A stretch of DNA of 64,000 nucleotides. Source: Candidatus Eiseniibacteriota bacterium (GTDB lineage: Bacteria; Eisenbacteria; RBG-16-71-46; CAZEPH01). Shown here in pieces: positions 53,885-63,709 of the stretch (positions are counted from its first letter, which is position 1; every line of letters starts with the position of its first letter). A program made the translations under genes and the position numbers. Where the stretch lies: contig JBGATO010000002.1 in assembly GCA_044229145.1 (NCBI GenBank), forward strand, positions 45,873 to 109,872. The letters are read 5' to 3'. The notes under the pieces are model-generated. The model was not told the DNA's origin. It worked only from the letters and a program-made list of their open reading frames with translations, and searched no databases.

Positions 53885-54739
53885 ATGGCCCGCTCGCTCC
53901 ATCATCGCTGGCGCACCTTCCGCGCCGCCGCGTGGCTCGGCTACCAGATCGAGGCGAACTGGACGCGCCCCGACATCTTTCTGGTCTTCGCGCTCGCCAA
54001 GCCGCTCGCCACCGCGCTCATCCTGCTCGTGATGTACCGCGTGGTATCGGGCGGCCAGGCGTCCGACGCGCGTTTCGTCGCGCTGTACGTCGGCAACGCG
54101 TTCTTCATCTTCGTGCCGCTGCTCTTGGTCGGCCTCTCGTGGGCGGTGTTCGAGGACCGCGAGCAGTATCAGATGCTGAAGTATGTGGTGACATCACCCG
54201 CTGGATTGCTGACCTACCTGCTCGGCCGCGCGGTGACCAAGGCGACGATGGCACTGGCCTCGGCCGCCGTCGTACTGGGCTTCGGCGCGATGGTGCTCCA
54301 CATGCAGTTCGTGTGGACACTGCCGCATCTCGTGGCGCTGGTGGCGAGTCTCGCGTGCGGCATCGTCGCGGTGGTCGGCATCGGCATGATGCTGACCGGT
54401 GCGTCGCTGGTGTTCGCGCGCCAGGCGATGACGATCAACGAAGGGGCGGCAGGCGTGCTGTATCTGTTCTGCGGCGCCGTCTTCCCGATCGACCTCTTGC
54501 CGCTGCCGCTGCGGGCGATCGGCCTGTCGTTGCCCCTGACCTATTGGCTGGAGGCGTGCCGGCGTGCGCTCGTCGGCCATTCGCCGTCGGGGATGCTGCA
54601 TGCGTGGAGCAACGGCCAACTCGCGCTCGCGCTTGCCGGCACGACGGCGGTGTGGCTCGCGGCCGGCGTCGCGCTCTACTCGGCGCTCTTGCGCGCCGCG
54701 CAGCGCGACGGCAAGTTGGACCAAACGACGGCGTGGTGA
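53885..54739 (+). CDS. ABC-2-type transporter permease (second)
   Basis: ATG 53885. Six TM helices. Paralogous to the preceding permease. Confidence 0.7.
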   Translation: MARSLHHRWRTFRAAAWLGYQIEANWTRPDIFLVFALAKPLATALILLVMYRVVSGGQASDARFVALYVGNAFFIFVPLLLVGLSWAVFEDREQYQMLKYVVTSPAGLLTYLLGRAVTKATMALASAAVVLGFGAMVLHMQFVWTLPHLVALVASLACGIVAVVGIGMMLTGASLVFARQAMTINEGAAGVLYLFCGAVFPIDLLPLPLRAIGLSLPLTYWLEACRRALVGHSPSGMLHAWSNGQLALALAGTTAVWLAAGVALYSALLRAAQRDGKLDQTTAW

Positions 54740-54782
54740 GCGCCGGAACGCCCACCACGCACGTATCATCGCACCTGGGTGC

Positions 54783-55217
54783 CTAGACGTCCGACGTGCA
54801 GAACCCGCAGCGCGTCGCCTTCACCGGAATCGCCGAACAACAGCGCGGACAGTCCTTCGTCGGCGGCGCCGGCGGCGCAGGTTCCGGCGCCGGCATCAAC
54901 CGATTCACCTGCTTGACGACGAAGAAGATCACCAGCGCGATCAGCAAGAAGTCGATGATGGTGTTGATGAAGACGCCGTACTTGATGAGCGGCGCGCCCG
55001 CCTTCTGCGCCGCGTCGAGCGACTCGTACGCCGTTCCCGACAAGTTGATGTAGAGGTTCTTGAAGTCGACCTTGCCGAGCACGAGGCCGATCGGCGGCAT
55101 CAGCACGTCGTCCGTGAGCGAGGACACGATCTTGCCAAACGCGCCGCCGATGATGACACCGATGGCGAGGTCCAGCACGTTGCCCCGCATGATGAACGCC
55201 TTGAATTCCTTCATCAT
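54783..55217 (-). CDS. mscL: large-conductance mechanosensitive channel with C-terminal Cys4 tail
   Basis: Start [34 protein letters not shown] (cat 55215-55217). Canonical MscL TM1/TM2. Tail [26 protein letters not shown]. Confidence 0.85.
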   Translation of the reverse strand: MMKEFKAFIMRGNVLDLAIGVIIGGAFGKIVSSLTDDVLMPPIGLVLGKVDFKNLYINLSGTAYESLDAAQKAGAPLIKYGVFINTIIDFLLIALVIFFVVKQVNRLMPAPEPAPPAPPTKDCPRCCSAIPVKATRCGFCTSDV

Positions 55218-55261
55218 GATGTGGATCTCCGGGACCGTTGGGAGTGCGTGGGGAGAGGACG

Positions 55262-55828
55262 TTACAGCGTGCGGCGCATGATGGGCCGCGAGGGTGAGCG
55301 GCGCAACACCTCCGTGAAACCTGCCGCGAGAAATGTCCCCGGCAGTCCCGTCCATACGAAGGCGTCGGGCGAGGCGCCGCCGGAGGTGTCCACCGGATAG
55401 CCCTCGAGCACGCGGGCGCCGTGTTCGCGGGCGAGGCGTGCAGCGGCCTTCAGCAGGCGCACCGACACGCCGCGCCGCCGGTACGGCTTGGCCACGAAGA
55501 AGCACACGACCGACCACACTGGCGTGTCATCGACCGGTTTCAAGACGCGCGACGTCTCGAGCCGCGTCATCTCGTCGCGCGGTCCGAGCGCGCACCAGGC
55601 AATCGGCGTGTTGCCGTCGTAGGCGAGGATGCCGGGCGGCGGATCGCGGCGCACCCGGGCCCGGAACGCCTTCTTGTTCGCGGCGCCCTTGCAGGCGCCG
55701 AATTCCTTGGCGCGCAGCCGCGGCCACATGCACCAGCAGCCGCCGCACGCGCCGCGTTCTCCGAACAGCGCCTCGATGTCGTCCCAGCGATCCGCGGTCG
55801 CCGGCGCAAAGGTCACGCGTGCTGCCAT
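55262..55828 (-). CDS. GNAT-family N-acetyltransferase with N-terminal CGGCWC motif
   Basis: Start [22 protein letters not shown] (cat 55826-55828). Motif [10 protein letters not shown]. Acetyl-CoA-binding block [18 protein letters not shown]. Confidence 0.75.
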   Translation of the reverse strand: MAARVTFAPATADRWDDIEALFGERGACGGCWCMWPRLRAKEFGACKGAANKKAFRARVRRDPPPGILAYDGNTPIAWCALGPRDEMTRLETSRVLKPVDDTPVWSVVCFFVAKPYRRRGVSVRLLKAAARLAREHGARVLEGYPVDTSGGASPDAFVWTGLPGTFLAAGFTEVLRRSPSRPIMRRTL

Positions 55829-56089
55829 CTAGCCTCCACTCAACGCGGCGATCAGATGCACCTCGTCGCGTTCCTCCACCGCCTCGTCGATCGTCTGCGC
55901 GACGTCGCTGTTGCGGAAGATCCGGATGTGCGGCCGGATGCGATCCTGCTCGTCGATGACGCGAAAGCGAATGCCGGGATACCGCGCGTCGAGATCGCGC
56001 AGCACTGCGTCGAGCGTCGCGCCGCGGCCCGGCACCCGCGCCACGCCGCCCGTGTAGCTCTGGAGCGGCGTCGGGATGTGCACCGTCAT
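55829..56089 (-). CDS. MoaD/ThiS-family small sulfur-carrier/ubiquitin-like protein
   Basis: Start MTVHIPTPLQSYTGG (cat 56087-56089). 86 aa beta-grasp fold ending ...HLIAALSGG (C-terminal Gly-Gly). Confidence 0.65.
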   Translation of the reverse strand: MTVHIPTPLQSYTGGVARVPGRGATLDAVLRDLDARYPGIRFRVIDEQDRIRPHIRIFRNSDVAQTIDEAVEERDEVHLIAALSGG

Positions 56090-57246
56090 CCGCGCTCCGC
56101 CATCGTCACGCTGAGGATTTGCGGCAGGTGCGCGGCGATGCGCGTCCACGATTCGCCTTCGCTGCGCGACATCCACACCTCACCGGTCGTCGTGCCGAAG
56201 TAGAGGCCGACGTTCGGCTCGCTATCGCGCGTCATCGCTTGGCGCAACACCGTCCAGTACGCGTGCTCGGTGGGGAAGCCGGCGTCTTGGCGCTGCCAGG
56301 TCTTGCCACCATTCTGCGTGCGGTACACCGCCGGCTTGCCGCCGGGCGAGGTGCGCGGCCACACGCTGGTGCCGTCCATCGGCAACACCCACGCGGTGTC
56401 GGCATCGCGCGGATGGATGACGATGGGGAAGCCGATGTCGCCGACCTTCTTCGGCATCTTCGCGCCGATGCGCGTCCACTCGCGACCCGGCCGGTCGAGA
56501 CGGTAGATGCCACAGTGATTCTGGTGGTAGAGCCGATCGGGGTTGCTGGGCGCGAACTGCACGCAGTGCGGATCGTGGCCGAACTCGGACTGCGGATCGG
56601 GCAGGAAGTACGCTTCGACGCCACGGTTGAGCGGCGTCCAGTCGGCGCCGCCGTCCACCGTCTCGAAGATGCCGCCGCTCGACAGCCCCATGTACATGTG
56701 CCGCGCATCGCGCGGGTCGATCAGGATCGAGTGCGTGATCGGGCCGACAGGCGTGTTGGCGTCCTTCGTCCATGCGTCGTGCATCGGGTGCTCGTCGAAG
56801 CCGCGGACGATCGCCCAGCGCGCGCCGCCATCGTCGCTGCGGAACAGGCCGTGCGGCGAGGTGCCGGCCCACCACACGCCAGGTTGCGTGGCGTGGCCCG
56901 GCGTCAGCCAAAACGTACACTCGACGGCGCGGCGCGGGGTGCCGCCGCGCGCCTTCGGAAACGCCGGTGGCTGCTCGGCTTCCTTCCACGCGCGGCCCCA
57001 GTTCGTGGAACGGAACACCGTCGGGCCGAGGTGCCCGGTGCGCGCCGCCATCATCAGCGTCTTGCCATCGCGCGGATCGAGCACCAGGTGGTTGATCTGA
57101 CTCCCGAGGAAATGCGGTCCGTCGATCGACCACCGCCGCCGCGCGCGATCCGACGACAGAAAGAACGCGCCCTTGCGGGTGCCAACCAACAGGGTGAAGC
57201 GGGGCGAGGCGGCACGCGGGCGCGCCGGACGAGAACTCGAGGCCAT
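56086..57246 (-). CDS. BNR/Asp-box repeat beta-propeller protein (sialidase/Ycf48-like)
   Basis: ATG 57246. Four SxDxGxTW-type motifs (SDDGGARW, TVDGGADW, TQNGGKTW, SRSEGESW). Overlaps the MoaD-like start by 4 nt. Confidence 0.75.
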   Translation of the reverse strand: MASSSRPARPRAASPRFTLLVGTRKGAFFLSSDRARRRWSIDGPHFLGSQINHLVLDPRDGKTLMMAARTGHLGPTVFRSTNWGRAWKEAEQPPAFPKARGGTPRRAVECTFWLTPGHATQPGVWWAGTSPHGLFRSDDGGARWAIVRGFDEHPMHDAWTKDANTPVGPITHSILIDPRDARHMYMGLSSGGIFETVDGGADWTPLNRGVEAYFLPDPQSEFGHDPHCVQFAPSNPDRLYHQNHCGIYRLDRPGREWTRIGAKMPKKVGDIGFPIVIHPRDADTAWVLPMDGTSVWPRTSPGGKPAVYRTQNGGKTWQRQDAGFPTEHAYWTVLRQAMTRDSEPNVGLYFGTTTGEVWMSRSEGESWTRIAAHLPQILSVTMAERG

Positions 57247-57355
57247 GGGACCATCTCCTTCGACGGGGGGCGGGAGGGGTCGACCATAGCACCAGCGCGG
57301 CAGGGCGTCACCGCCCCGCCGCGCCGGAGAGTGCCGAGACCGCGCCGGAGCGCGG

Positions 57356-58162
57356 CTATCTGCTGTTGTCGCCGTCCAGCAACGAGCCCAAGCCGCCGAG
57401 AATCGAGCCTTCCTCGCGCCCGCGCCCGCGGGTCTGCGGCGCCGCCGCGTAGATGCGGCCCGCGAGACGCGACAGCGGCAGCGACTGCAGCCAGATCTTG
57501 CCCGGGCCGCGCAACGTGGCGAAAAACAACCCTTCGCCGCCGAACAGCGCCGACTTGATGCCGCTCACCGTCTGGATGTCGTAGTCCACCGTCGGCTGGA
57601 ACCCGACGATGCAGCCGGTGTCGACGCGGATCACCTCGCCCGGCGCCAGCATGCGCTCGTGGACCGAGCCGCCGGCGTGCATGAACGCCCAGCCGTCGCC
57701 GGTGAGGCGCTGCATGATGAATCCTTCGCCGCCGAACAAGCCGACGCCGAGGCGGCGCTGGAACTCGATGCCGAGCGACACGCCCTTCGCCGCGCACAGG
57801 AACGAGTCCTTCTGCGCGATGACGGTGCCGCCGACTTCCGACAACTTCACCGGCACGATGTGGCCCGGGTACGGCGCGCCGAACGCCACGCGTTGTTTGC
57901 CGCCGGCCTGATTGCCGAACACCGTCATGAACAGCGACTCGCCGGTGAGCAACCGCTTGCCGGCGCCGAGCAGCGCATTCATGAAGCCGCCGCCCTGCTG
58001 CTGGCTGCCGTCGCCGAAGATCGTCTCCATGACGATGCCGCCGTCCATGTACATCATACCGCCGGCTTCGGCGATCACCGCTTCGCCCGGATCGAGTTCG
58101 ATTTCGACGTACTGCATGTCGTCGCCATAGATCCGGTAATCGACTTCGTGCATTTGCGACAT
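57356..58162 (-). CDS. TIGR00266/AIM24-family protein
   Basis: ATG 58162. [39 protein letters not shown] matches the TIGR00266 N-terminus. Confidence 0.75.
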   Translation of the reverse strand: MSQMHEVDYRIYGDDMQYVEIELDPGEAVIAEAGGMMYMDGGIVMETIFGDGSQQQGGGFMNALLGAGKRLLTGESLFMTVFGNQAGGKQRVAFGAPYPGHIVPVKLSEVGGTVIAQKDSFLCAAKGVSLGIEFQRRLGVGLFGGEGFIMQRLTGDGWAFMHAGGSVHERMLAPGEVIRVDTGCIVGFQPTVDYDIQTVSGIKSALFGGEGLFFATLRGPGKIWLQSLPLSRLAGRIYAAAPQTRGRGREEGSILGGLGSLLDGDNSR

Positions 58163-58417
58163 GGTGTGTCAGTCTCCGAGTGCAAGTGGGGCGCCGACGC
58201 GGCGGCGCTTGCGCGTTGGGATTTGCGCGGAATGCTGCCTGAGAACGTTGCTCTTGGCTAGCCGGTTGCAGCGGGGCGTGGCGGGGTGGGCGGCGCGTCC
58301 CGCACATCCCGCCCCGCCGCCCCCGCCGGACCGTCGCAGCAACCGTTCGTCGCCGGATTCCGGCCGTCCGTCGATGGCCCCGCGCAGCCCCGGCGCGAAT
58401 CGCCGATACTGACGCCC

Positions 58418-59641
58418 ATGGCAACGTCCTCCGTCATTTCGCCGGCCGAGCGCTGGCTCAGGTGGCTCCTGCGGGTGTCGCTCACGACGCTCGTCATGGG
58501 GATCCCGTTCGGGCTGTTCTTCGGACTCTTCCAGCATCGGCCGTACTGGCAAGGCGCGCTGATCTGCTACGGCATCTCGGTGGCGATCGGGCTCAGCGTG
58601 TCGATCTTCGTGCAGCTGGCCGAGGAGCTGTATTGCCGGCTCTTCCCGCACGGCCAAAACGCCCGCGGCCGCCAGCTCGTGGTGCAGATGGCGATGTTCG
58701 GCGTCACCGGCGTGGTCGGCAGCCAGGTGCCGATGGTGCTGCTGTCCACATTCGGCCACATCGAGATGTACGGCAGCTGGCGCGGTCTGTGGATCAACGT
58801 CGGCTACAGCCTGGTGTTCACGACGCTCTTCATGGGCATTGCCTATGCGCGCGTGTTCTACGTCCGCATGCGCGAACGCGAAGCGGCGGAACTCGCCGCC
58901 CGTGCCGAACTCGCCACCGCGCGGCTCGCGGCGCTCCGCGCGCAAGTACACCCGCACTTCCTCTTCAACACGCTGAACACGATCGCAGCGCTCATCCCGC
59001 AGGAGCCGGCGGTGGCCGAAGAGGTGACCACGCGGCTTGCCGAAGTGTTCCGCTTCGTGCTCCAAGCCGGCGATCGCGATTGGGTGACGCTGTCCGAAGA
59101 GATCGAGTTCGTGCGCGCCTATCTCGACATCGAGATGGTGCGACTCGGCGATCGCGTGCGCGTCGAGGAAGCGTGGGATGCGGCCTCCCTGACCGTGCCG
59201 GTGCCCACGCTCCTGCTCCAGCCGTTGGTCGAGAACGCGGTGCGCCACGGTATCGGGCCGCGCGCCGAGGGCGGCCGCATCCGGCTCGCCTCCCGTCTCG
59301 ACGGCGAGGTCCTCGTCCTGACGGTGGACGACGATGGGGTCGGCTTCGACCCGGTGGGGCGTCGCGGGCGCGCGGCCAGCGGGTTCGGCTTGCGCTCGGC
59401 GGAGGATCGGATCCGGGCGCTGGGGGCGCCCGCGGAGCTCACCATCGACAGCGCACCGCACGCTGGGACGCGCATCGCGCTGCGCTTGCCGCGCGATCCG
59501 CAGCCGCTGCAGGCGGCCCCGCCGGCTCCTCCGGCCCGTCGCCCCGACAACCCACTCGGCGCGCCGCTGCGCGCGCCGTTCGCGCCCGAGGGGCCACGCC
59601 CGCCGCTCAGCGGCCACTCACCATTCGCAGAAGGAGATTGA
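58418..59641 (+). CDS. LytS/YehU-type sensor histidine kinase (5-6 TM sensor + His_kinase + HATPase_c)
   Basis: ATG 58418. H-box VHPHFLFNTLNTIAAL. N, G1 and G2 boxes (LLLQPLVENAVRHGI, DDDGVGFD, GFGLRS). Confidence 0.85.
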   Translation: MATSSVISPAERWLRWLLRVSLTTLVMGIPFGLFFGLFQHRPYWQGALICYGISVAIGLSVSIFVQLAEELYCRLFPHGQNARGRQLVVQMAMFGVTGVVGSQVPMVLLSTFGHIEMYGSWRGLWINVGYSLVFTTLFMGIAYARVFYVRMREREAAELAARAELATARLAALRAQVHPHFLFNTLNTIAALIPQEPAVAEEVTTRLAEVFRFVLQAGDRDWVTLSEEIEFVRAYLDIEMVRLGDRVRVEEAWDAASLTVPVPTLLLQPLVENAVRHGIGPRAEGGRIRLASRLDGEVLVLTVDDDGVGFDPVGRRGRAASGFGLRSAEDRIRALGAPAELTIDSAPHAGTRIALRLPRDPQPLQAAPPAPPARRPDNPLGAPLRAPFAPEGPRPPLSGHSPFAEGD

Positions 59642-59643
59642 CG

Positions 59644-60465
59644 ATGCGACGACTTCTCATGCACGGCGTGTTTGCCGCCTTCCTAGCGGTACCCAGCATT
59701 GCCGCGGCAGTCGACCCCGACGTGTCCGGCGCCGTCGTGCAAGCGCGGCGCGACATCCAAGCCGCGGTCGACATCGGCTCGGCAGACGAGCTGCTCGGCG
59801 TCCGCGCCACGCTGCTCGCCCTCAGCGACGCCGAGCAGGCGAGCACACCGGTGCAATACACGCTCGCGTATCTCGACTGGCGCGTCGTGCCACTCTGGCT
59901 GCGCGAGCACGAGGGCGACAAGGAGACGGCCTTGCGCTACGTCGAGGAGGGACTCGCCGCTGCGCGCGCCGTGCAAAAGGCGGAGCCGAAGAACGCGGAG
60001 GCGTTCGCCCTCGAGTCGTCGCTGCTCGGCCTCAAGATGATGGGTGCCGGCGCCGACGTGATGACGCTCGGGCCGCTCTCGATGCAGGCGATGATGAAGG
60101 CGGCGAAACTGGCGCCGGCGAACCCGCGCGTGCTGTTCTTGCAGGGACTCAGTTTGCTCTACACGCCGGCGCAGTTCGGCGGGGGCGCTGCGCCGGCGAT
60201 CGCCGTCCTGCGCGATGCTGCGCGTGCTGCGGCGGCGGACGCGCCCGCGGATTCGCTCGCCCCCGCGTGGGGGCACGACGACGCCGCGGTGTGGCTCGCC
60301 CAGGCATGCATGCAGAGCGGTCAGGGGGCCGACGCGCGCGCCGCGTTGCGCGATGCGCTCGCCGCGAATCCGCGCAACGGCATGGCGCTCGCCTTGCAGC
60401 GGCAATGGGCGGCCGCCCCCGCCGATTCGGCCAGCGGCAACACTCCGGCGAAGGCAGGGAAGTGA
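59644..60465 (+). CDS. secreted alpha-helical (TPR-like) hypothetical protein
   Basis: ATG 59644, 2 nt after the kinase stop. Signal peptide MRRLLMHGVFAAFLAVPSIAAA. Ala-rich helical repeats. Confidence 0.55.
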   Translation: MRRLLMHGVFAAFLAVPSIAAAVDPDVSGAVVQARRDIQAAVDIGSADELLGVRATLLALSDAEQASTPVQYTLAYLDWRVVPLWLREHEGDKETALRYVEEGLAAARAVQKAEPKNAEAFALESSLLGLKMMGAGADVMTLGPLSMQAMMKAAKLAPANPRVLFLQGLSLLYTPAQFGGGAAPAIAVLRDAARAAAADAPADSLAPAWGHDDAAVWLAQACMQSGQGADARAALRDALAANPRNGMALALQRQWAAAPADSASGNTPAKAGK

Positions 60466-62738
60466 TGCGTGTGATCCGTCGGCTCGCGCTGGTGTGTATC
60501 GCGGCCGGCATCGTCGTCGCGACTGCGCACGCGGCGGCGGCGCCGCCATCCGGTCCGGCGCTGCACGGCATCGTCGTCGATCAGAAGGGCGACCCGCTCG
60601 AGGCGGTCACGGTCAGCGTGCCGCAGGTGCGGCGCGGAGCGATCACCCGCAAGGATGGCACCTTTCGCATCGCCGTGCCCGGTCCGGGCGCGTACAGCCT
60701 GCGCGTCAGTCAAGTCGGCCTCACGACCGTCACGATGCAAGCCACGGTGCCGGCGAGCGGCGAGCCGCCGCTGCTGCGCGTGGTGTTGAAGGAAGCGCCC
60801 ATCCCGGTGGCCGAAGTGTCGGTGCGCGCGTCCTCGTTCGGGGCGGAGGGCAAGCGACAGGGCGCGACGTTGCGCCGCATGGACATCATGACGACGCCGG
60901 GTGCCGCCGCCGATCTGATGCACAGCCTCCACACGCTGCCCGGCGTGCACGCGCCGAACGAAGGCGCCGCACTCTACGTGCGCGGTGGCGCGCCGCTCGA
61001 AACCGTCGTGCGTCTCGACGGCGGCGATGTCGGCCATCCCTACAAATACGAGACGGCGAGCGGCGGCTTGTTCGGCGTCATCGACCCGTCGCTGGTGTCC
61101 TCGGCCTACTTCTCGAGTGGGGCGTTCGCCCCGAAGTACGGCAACGCGCTGTCCGGCGTGCTCGACATCGAGAGCACGAGCGACGTGCGGCAGACGTCGT
61201 TCAACCTCGGCGCCAACCTGGTCGGCGGTGGCGGCACCGTCGGCGTGCCGCTGTCCGGCGAACGCGCCGGCCTGCTGCTGACCGCGCACTACACCGATGT
61301 CACGTTGCTCGATCGCCTCTATGGCGCCTCGAGCGACTTCACGCAATATCCGCGTTCGTACGATGGCGGCGCGAAGATCCTCGTCCATCCGACCGCGACG
61401 CAATCGATCTCGCTGTTCGGCGCCGCGTCGCACGACCGCACCGGCGTGCACCTGCGCTTCCCGAGCTATCGCGGCGAATTCACCAATGGCGCCACAGTGC
61501 AGGTGTGGAACGCCGGCTACACCAACGTGGTCTCGAAGGCGTTGGCGGTGCGCGTCAACGCCGCCGACACCCACTTCGACGACACCTGGGCGTTCTCGGA
61601 CTTCCGCTACACCACGACGTCGAATCAATACACCGCGCGGGCAGACGTGGTGTGGCAGGTGCGCAGCGGGTCGGAGGTGAACGCCGGACTCGACGGCGAG
61701 CGCGAGAGCGAAACCTATGCCGGCACCGTGCCGCACGACTCCACCGACTACGCGCCCGGCGCGCCGACCCGCGCCATCGCGCAGGACGGCGTGCGCGAGC
61801 GGTTCGGCGCCTACGCCGACGAGAAACTTCGCGTCTGGCGCACCGTGTTCGCGAATGTCGGCGCGCGTGTCGACCGCTACGGCAGCGTGCGGCTGCGCGC
61901 CACCGATGGCACACGCACCACCGGCAGCACCGAATGGACCGTCGATCCGCGCGTCGCGCTCTCGTGGAAGCCGCGCCGTGCGTGGACGCTGCGGGCCTCG
62001 ACCGGCGACTTCCACCAGAACGCGCCGCTGCGCTACACCGACGCGCGCTTCGGCAATCCGGCGCTCGGACCGCTCGCCGCGCGGCATTTCGTCGGCGCGA
62101 TCGAATATGCGACCGTAGACCGCACGCTGCGCGCCGAGGTGTACGACAAGGACTACCGCCACCTGGTGCTCAACGATCCGCTCACCCACTATTCGACCGA
62201 CGGCGACGGCTACGCGCGCGGCATCGACCTGTTCGCCGAAGGCCGCTGGCCGCGGCTCCGCGCCTGGGCGTCGTACGGCTATCTCGCGTCGCAGCGCCGG
62301 GAATTCCAGGCGACCGCCCGCGTCACCTCGCCCTATGCGCCGACGCATGACCTCAGCGCGGTGGCGACGTATCATCTCAACGGCGGCTGGGACATCGGCG
62401 CGCGGGCGCGCGTCGCCTCCGGCGCGCCGTACACGCCGATCGTCGGCGCGGTGAAGGATTCGACGCGCGACGTGTGGCATCCGGTCGAAGGCGAACTCTT
62501 TTCGGCACGCTACCCCGCGTACGGCCGGCTCGACGTGCGCCTGATGAAATACGTCGAGGCACCGAAGTTCCTCGGTCTGCCGCAGTCATGGCTGGTGATC
62601 TACGTGGAAGGTCTGAACGTGCTCGACATCAAGAACGTCCTCGAATACCAGTACACGCCCGACTACAGCGCGCATCAGGCGGTGTTGTCGTACTTCAGCC
62701 GCCGCGCGTTCGTGGCCGGCGCCTCGATCGGCTGGTGA
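60465..62738 (+). CDS. TonB-dependent receptor-like outer-membrane protein with N-terminal carboxypeptidase-regulatory-like domain
   Basis: ATG 60465 overlaps the upstream stop by 1 nt. Signal peptide. CarbopepD_reg-like domain (HGIVVDQKGDPLEAVTVSV...TRKDGTFRI). Plug-like region. C-terminal beta-barrel ending aromatic (ASIGW). Confidence 0.8.
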   Translation: MRVIRRLALVCIAAGIVVATAHAAAAPPSGPALHGIVVDQKGDPLEAVTVSVPQVRRGAITRKDGTFRIAVPGPGAYSLRVSQVGLTTVTMQATVPASGEPPLLRVVLKEAPIPVAEVSVRASSFGAEGKRQGATLRRMDIMTTPGAAADLMHSLHTLPGVHAPNEGAALYVRGGAPLETVVRLDGGDVGHPYKYETASGGLFGVIDPSLVSSAYFSSGAFAPKYGNALSGVLDIESTSDVRQTSFNLGANLVGGGGTVGVPLSGERAGLLLTAHYTDVTLLDRLYGASSDFTQYPRSYDGGAKILVHPTATQSISLFGAASHDRTGVHLRFPSYRGEFTNGATVQVWNAGYTNVVSKALAVRVNAADTHFDDTWAFSDFRYTTTSNQYTARADVVWQVRSGSEVNAGLDGERESETYAGTVPHDSTDYAPGAPTRAIAQDGVRERFGAYADEKLRVWRTVFANVGARVDRYGSVRLRATDGTRTTGSTEWTVDPRVALSWKPRRAWTLRASTGDFHQNAPLRYTDARFGNPALGPLAARHFVGAIEYATVDRTLRAEVYDKDYRHLVLNDPLTHYSTDGDGYARGIDLFAEGRWPRLRAWASYGYLASQRREFQATARVTSPYAPTHDLSAVATYHLNGGWDIGARARVASGAPYTPIVGAVKDSTRDVWHPVEGELFSARYPAYGRLDVRLMKYVEAPKFLGLPQSWLVIYVEGLNVLDIKNVLEYQYTPDYSAHQAVLSYFSRRAFVAGASIGW

Positions 62739-63589
62739 TGCGCGTCGTTCTGGTCGAGGACGAGCGGCCGGCGCGCATGCGTCTGCGTCGACTGCTCGCC
62801 GCACATGCCGATGTCGAGATCGCTGGCGAATCGGCGACCGCGGCGGATGCGCGCCTGCTGATTGCGCGTGAGCACCCCGACGTCGTCTTCCTCGACGTGC
62901 AACTGCCCGGCGAGTCGGGTTTCGAGTTGCTGGCGACGCTGCCCGCACCGCGTCCGCTGGTCATCTTCACCACCGCGTTCGAAGCGTACGCGGTGCGTGC
63001 GTTCGAGGAGTCGGCGCTCGATTACCTGATGAAGCCGTTTCGCCCCGAGCGGCTGGGGGCCGCACTCGACCGCGCCCGCGGCGATCTCGCGCGGCGCGGG
63101 ATGCCGGGTGGTGAGGCGGCGTTGGCAGAGCGACTCGAACGATTGCTTGCGCGTCTCGAATCCGGTGGCGATCCGCGCGAGGGCGTGACGGCGCGCGGCG
63201 CACCGCTCGACACCGCCGCACGCGAGCCTGGCCTCGGCGCTCGCGGCCTCCACTACGTCGACCGCCTCACCGCCCGCGTCGGCGAACGCGTCGACGTCAT
63301 TCCCGTGCGCGAGATCCTCTACTTCCGCGCGGAGGACAAATACGTCGCCGCGTACACGAAGTCGGGCAGTCACCTGCTGACCTCGACGCTCGACCAACTC
63401 GAAGCCGACCTCGATCCCGCCCACTTCGCCCGCACCCACCGCTCTGTCCTGGTCAATCTCGACGACGTCACCTCGATCGAACCGGCCTTCGCCGGCACGT
63501 TTACGCTCCGTCTGCGATCGCTGCCGTCCGTCGGTTTGCCGGTGTCGCGTCAACGCGCCCGTGCGCTGAGGCAGCGCCTCGGCTTTTAG
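62738..63589 (+). CDS. LytR/AlgR-family response regulator (REC + LytTR DNA-binding domain)
   Basis: ATG 62738 overlaps the upstream stop by 1 nt. REC motifs MRVVLVEDE...FLDVQLPG...YLMKP. LytTR C-terminus (EILYFRAEDKYVAAYTKSGSHLLTSTLDQLEADL...FARTHRSVLVNLD). Confidence 0.9.
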   Translation: MRVVLVEDERPARMRLRRLLAAHADVEIAGESATAADARLLIAREHPDVVFLDVQLPGESGFELLATLPAPRPLVIFTTAFEAYAVRAFEESALDYLMKPFRPERLGAALDRARGDLARRGMPGGEAALAERLERLLARLESGGDPREGVTARGAPLDTAAREPGLGARGLHYVDRLTARVGERVDVIPVREILYFRAEDKYVAAYTKSGSHLLTSTLDQLEADLDPAHFARTHRSVLVNLDDVTSIEPAFAGTFTLRLRSLPSVGLPVSRQRARALRQRLGF

Positions 63590-63709
63590 CGCGTCGCGCG
63601 AGCGTCCCGCGCAGCCCGCCCCCGCCGTCCCCGCCCGCAATCAGGTGCCCACGCGTGACTCCGCCTCGGGTAGACTGCGCGCTCCACGGCACCCGCACAG
63701 GAGACAGCG

